NCBI GenBank assembly: GCA_036172245.1
Contig: JAYWIR010000009.1
Coordinates: 2,480,001 to 2,544,000 of the forward strand
Length of the DNA stretch: 64,000 nt
Source: Raillietiella orientalis
Lineage: Eukaryota
Direction of reading: 5' to 3'
The position numbers were made by a program, and so were the translations under genes. The notes under the pieces are model-generated. The model had not been told where the DNA came from, ran no database searches, and saw only the letters and a program-made list of their open reading frames with translations. The first letter of the stretch is position 1; each line of letters starts with the position of its first letter. Shown here piece after piece: positions 62,001 to 64,000 of the stretch.

Positions 62001-62186
62001 TTTTTTTTTTCTCTGGTTCACTCGACCGACATCACATCGGCAAACGTGGAACTCGCTCGGCTCATCGAAGAGGTCGCAAGCAGGGTTACCACGACGCCTG
62101 CTGATGCTGCGAAGCCTCTGAATGGGGTGACTCGCGTTACTTCTTCCACCTCTCCAGAGTGATTCGTTGGGGTGGCTCACGAGTAG

Positions 62187-62261
62187 TGTGATGCTCGTGA
62201 TTTGTATAGGCAAAGGCAACTAGCTAACGAACTGCCTTTGCATGTAATCATGAGCATCACA
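62187..62261. other. ~75-nt stem-loop
   Basis: tgtgatgctcgtgatt pairs with aatcatgagcatcaca (16 bp, one G-U). gcaaaggca pairs with tgcctttgc (9 bp). 14-nt loop. Confidence 0.7.
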
Positions 62262-63024
62262 TCATTAGAGGTTTGGTACACGACACACACAGCAGCTGTT
62301 TGTTTAGGGAAGCACCGCTTTACTCTCTGCGCTATATGGGTGTTTTGATTCGAAAAATCGCCGTAGTGGATTCGTGGATTCCAACTTTACAATTCTACCG
62401 TGCTGATAATCTACTGCTTATCTCTATCCATACCTTTCATCTTTCCGAAAGCAATTGCTAACCTTCCGTGTCCCTATGGCACTATGCAGCGAGTTGCTGA
62501 GCATTCATCTAATCTTCTAATTCTTCCGATGATTCTGCTTCGCCTCCCACTTCCACTTTACGAAATAAATCCATCTCACGAGGTGCAGGAAATGTAGGTG
62601 GAATCAAATCGCGTCCACTAAATCCCGAGATAGGGTGACTTGTGATTCAGTGCGACCTTCAAATTTCCGTTTGCCCCATAAATTTTGACAATTTTCATTG
62701 TAAAGCAACCCTATTGGAAAATTTTCTTTTTCCTTTTTTTTTTTTTTTTTTTGAAAGAAAGGAAAAAAGGCAACCCGATATCTTTGTCAGCTTCCCATCA
62801 TTCTTCCTTCAAGTTCCTGTAACTCGCAGTGGCTGCGTTCTTTTCGAAATTTCGATTCAGCACCGGTGCTTGCTCGTGGGTCGGATTCCAGGTTCGCATC
62901 TTTGCACGGAACTGTGGGGGAAAAGGAAATAGGTGGGCACTTTCCACGTGCTGGCCGTCTCGTGGTCCGACGTATGAAACTGGCAATCTTGGCATTCTGC
63001 ACTGAACGCCATATCTGCAAGACT

Positions 63025-63513
63025 CGACCTCAGGGTCATTCCAGGAATCACGGAGTGGGGAGTTCTCCCTCCGGCTGTAAAGGAGAGGATCCTCCATTCC
63101 GGAGGGACCCTCCGCGTCGTACTGATGGAGTAGGCGTGTCGCCACCATCTCTCCAGAGAGTGCAGAGAAGCGAGCCGATTCCTTCGGGGAAGCTGCGTCC
63201 TTCAGAGGAGTAAAAACAGGAGCGGATCCCTTGCGGGGGATCCCTCCGGAGAAGAAATTCCAGGATCGGATCCTTTTCTGGGTTCCCTTCAGAGAAGAAA
63301 GAATGTAGAGGAACTCCCCCCGGGAGTCCTCCAGAGAGAATAAGGCAGGAGGATTCCCTTCTGGATTCCCCTTCGGAGATAACCAGGGTGGAAGTGATCT
63401 CCATTTCCGGGGATCCCTCCCCAGGAGTGAGAGGAACGGACTTCCTGGATTCATAGGGCGGACCCTTCCCGGGGTAACCCCTATTTTGAAGAAGGACCCA
63501 CCCTCTCGGTGGG
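63025..63513. mobile_element. MITE-like repeat, copy C
   Basis: Homologous to copies A and B. Internal GGATCCC/GGATTCCC-type sub-repeats. Shares the same terminus (ctcggtggg) as copy B. Confidence 0.75.
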
Positions 63514-64000
63514 TAATTTCGACGCCAAACGTCACGAAACCGCCTCCAGTAAATCCTCGCAGCACAATTCGGGTTTGCCATTCTCTTTCGGCAAAGCAAA
63601 GACGTTCGATCCCTCGTCTCCTGAGAAAGTCACACAGCCTTTTCGATTCCCCGGCCTCTAACAAGTGACTCCAGAAATCGCGGAATCACTTGAAAGCCTC
63701 ATTTACAGGTCAGCCTGTCGCTTCATAATTTTAACTTTCTAATATGACAGAAGAACCATCGAATGACACAGCCAGGGGACTCCTTATTACGAAATAAATA
63801 AAAGCAGTGACGAGGGATGGTTATTTTCACCTGCACGATGCTCCATCATGGGATGCTGACACAGACAGTGTATTCTTCATGCCCTGAATGTGTTTCAGAT
63901 GTTCCTCAGAAAAGCATGCAAATCCACTGCATTTGCATTCAGGGAACCTACAGGAATCGCTCTCAAATTGATTGATTGATGTTGCAAAAGGATATGAATA

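Noticed and set aside
1..64000. CRISPR arrays, rRNA, intact tRNA or prokaryotic operons
   Set aside because: I saw no regularly spaced repeats or rRNA/tRNA structures. Spliceosomal introns and the TE content show the DNA is eukaryotic.

Overview
This is eukaryotic genomic DNA, most likely from an arthropod (inferred from the gene family and an insect-type U2 sequence with GATCAAAGTG; the species cannot be determined). The only host gene I can support is the 5' part of a kirre/roughest (Neph1/IrreC-rst)-family Ig-domain adhesion gene on the minus strand: four coding exons at 7194-7440, 1260-1489, 747-1209 and 562-689, continuing off the left edge. Most of the remaining ~55 kb is heavily decayed transposons, recognised by eye from broken protein motifs. 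These include many R2-superfamily (RLE) non-LTR remnants (Utopia-like and HERO-like), three Tx1/L1-like elements, CR1/L2-like pieces, two internally deleted mariners, a foldback element and a 3-copy MITE-like repeat. The most notable structure is at 57.79-57.87 kb, where the 3' end of a Utopia-like RLE element and the 5' end of a Tx1-type (Keno-like) APE element are joined head-to-tail through four short U2 snRNA target-site fragments. A second U2 fragment, starting exactly at U2 nt 1, caps the 5' end of another Utopia-like element at 9676. No complete U2 gene is present. TE boundaries are approximate and family calls rest on manual motif recognition, not database searches.
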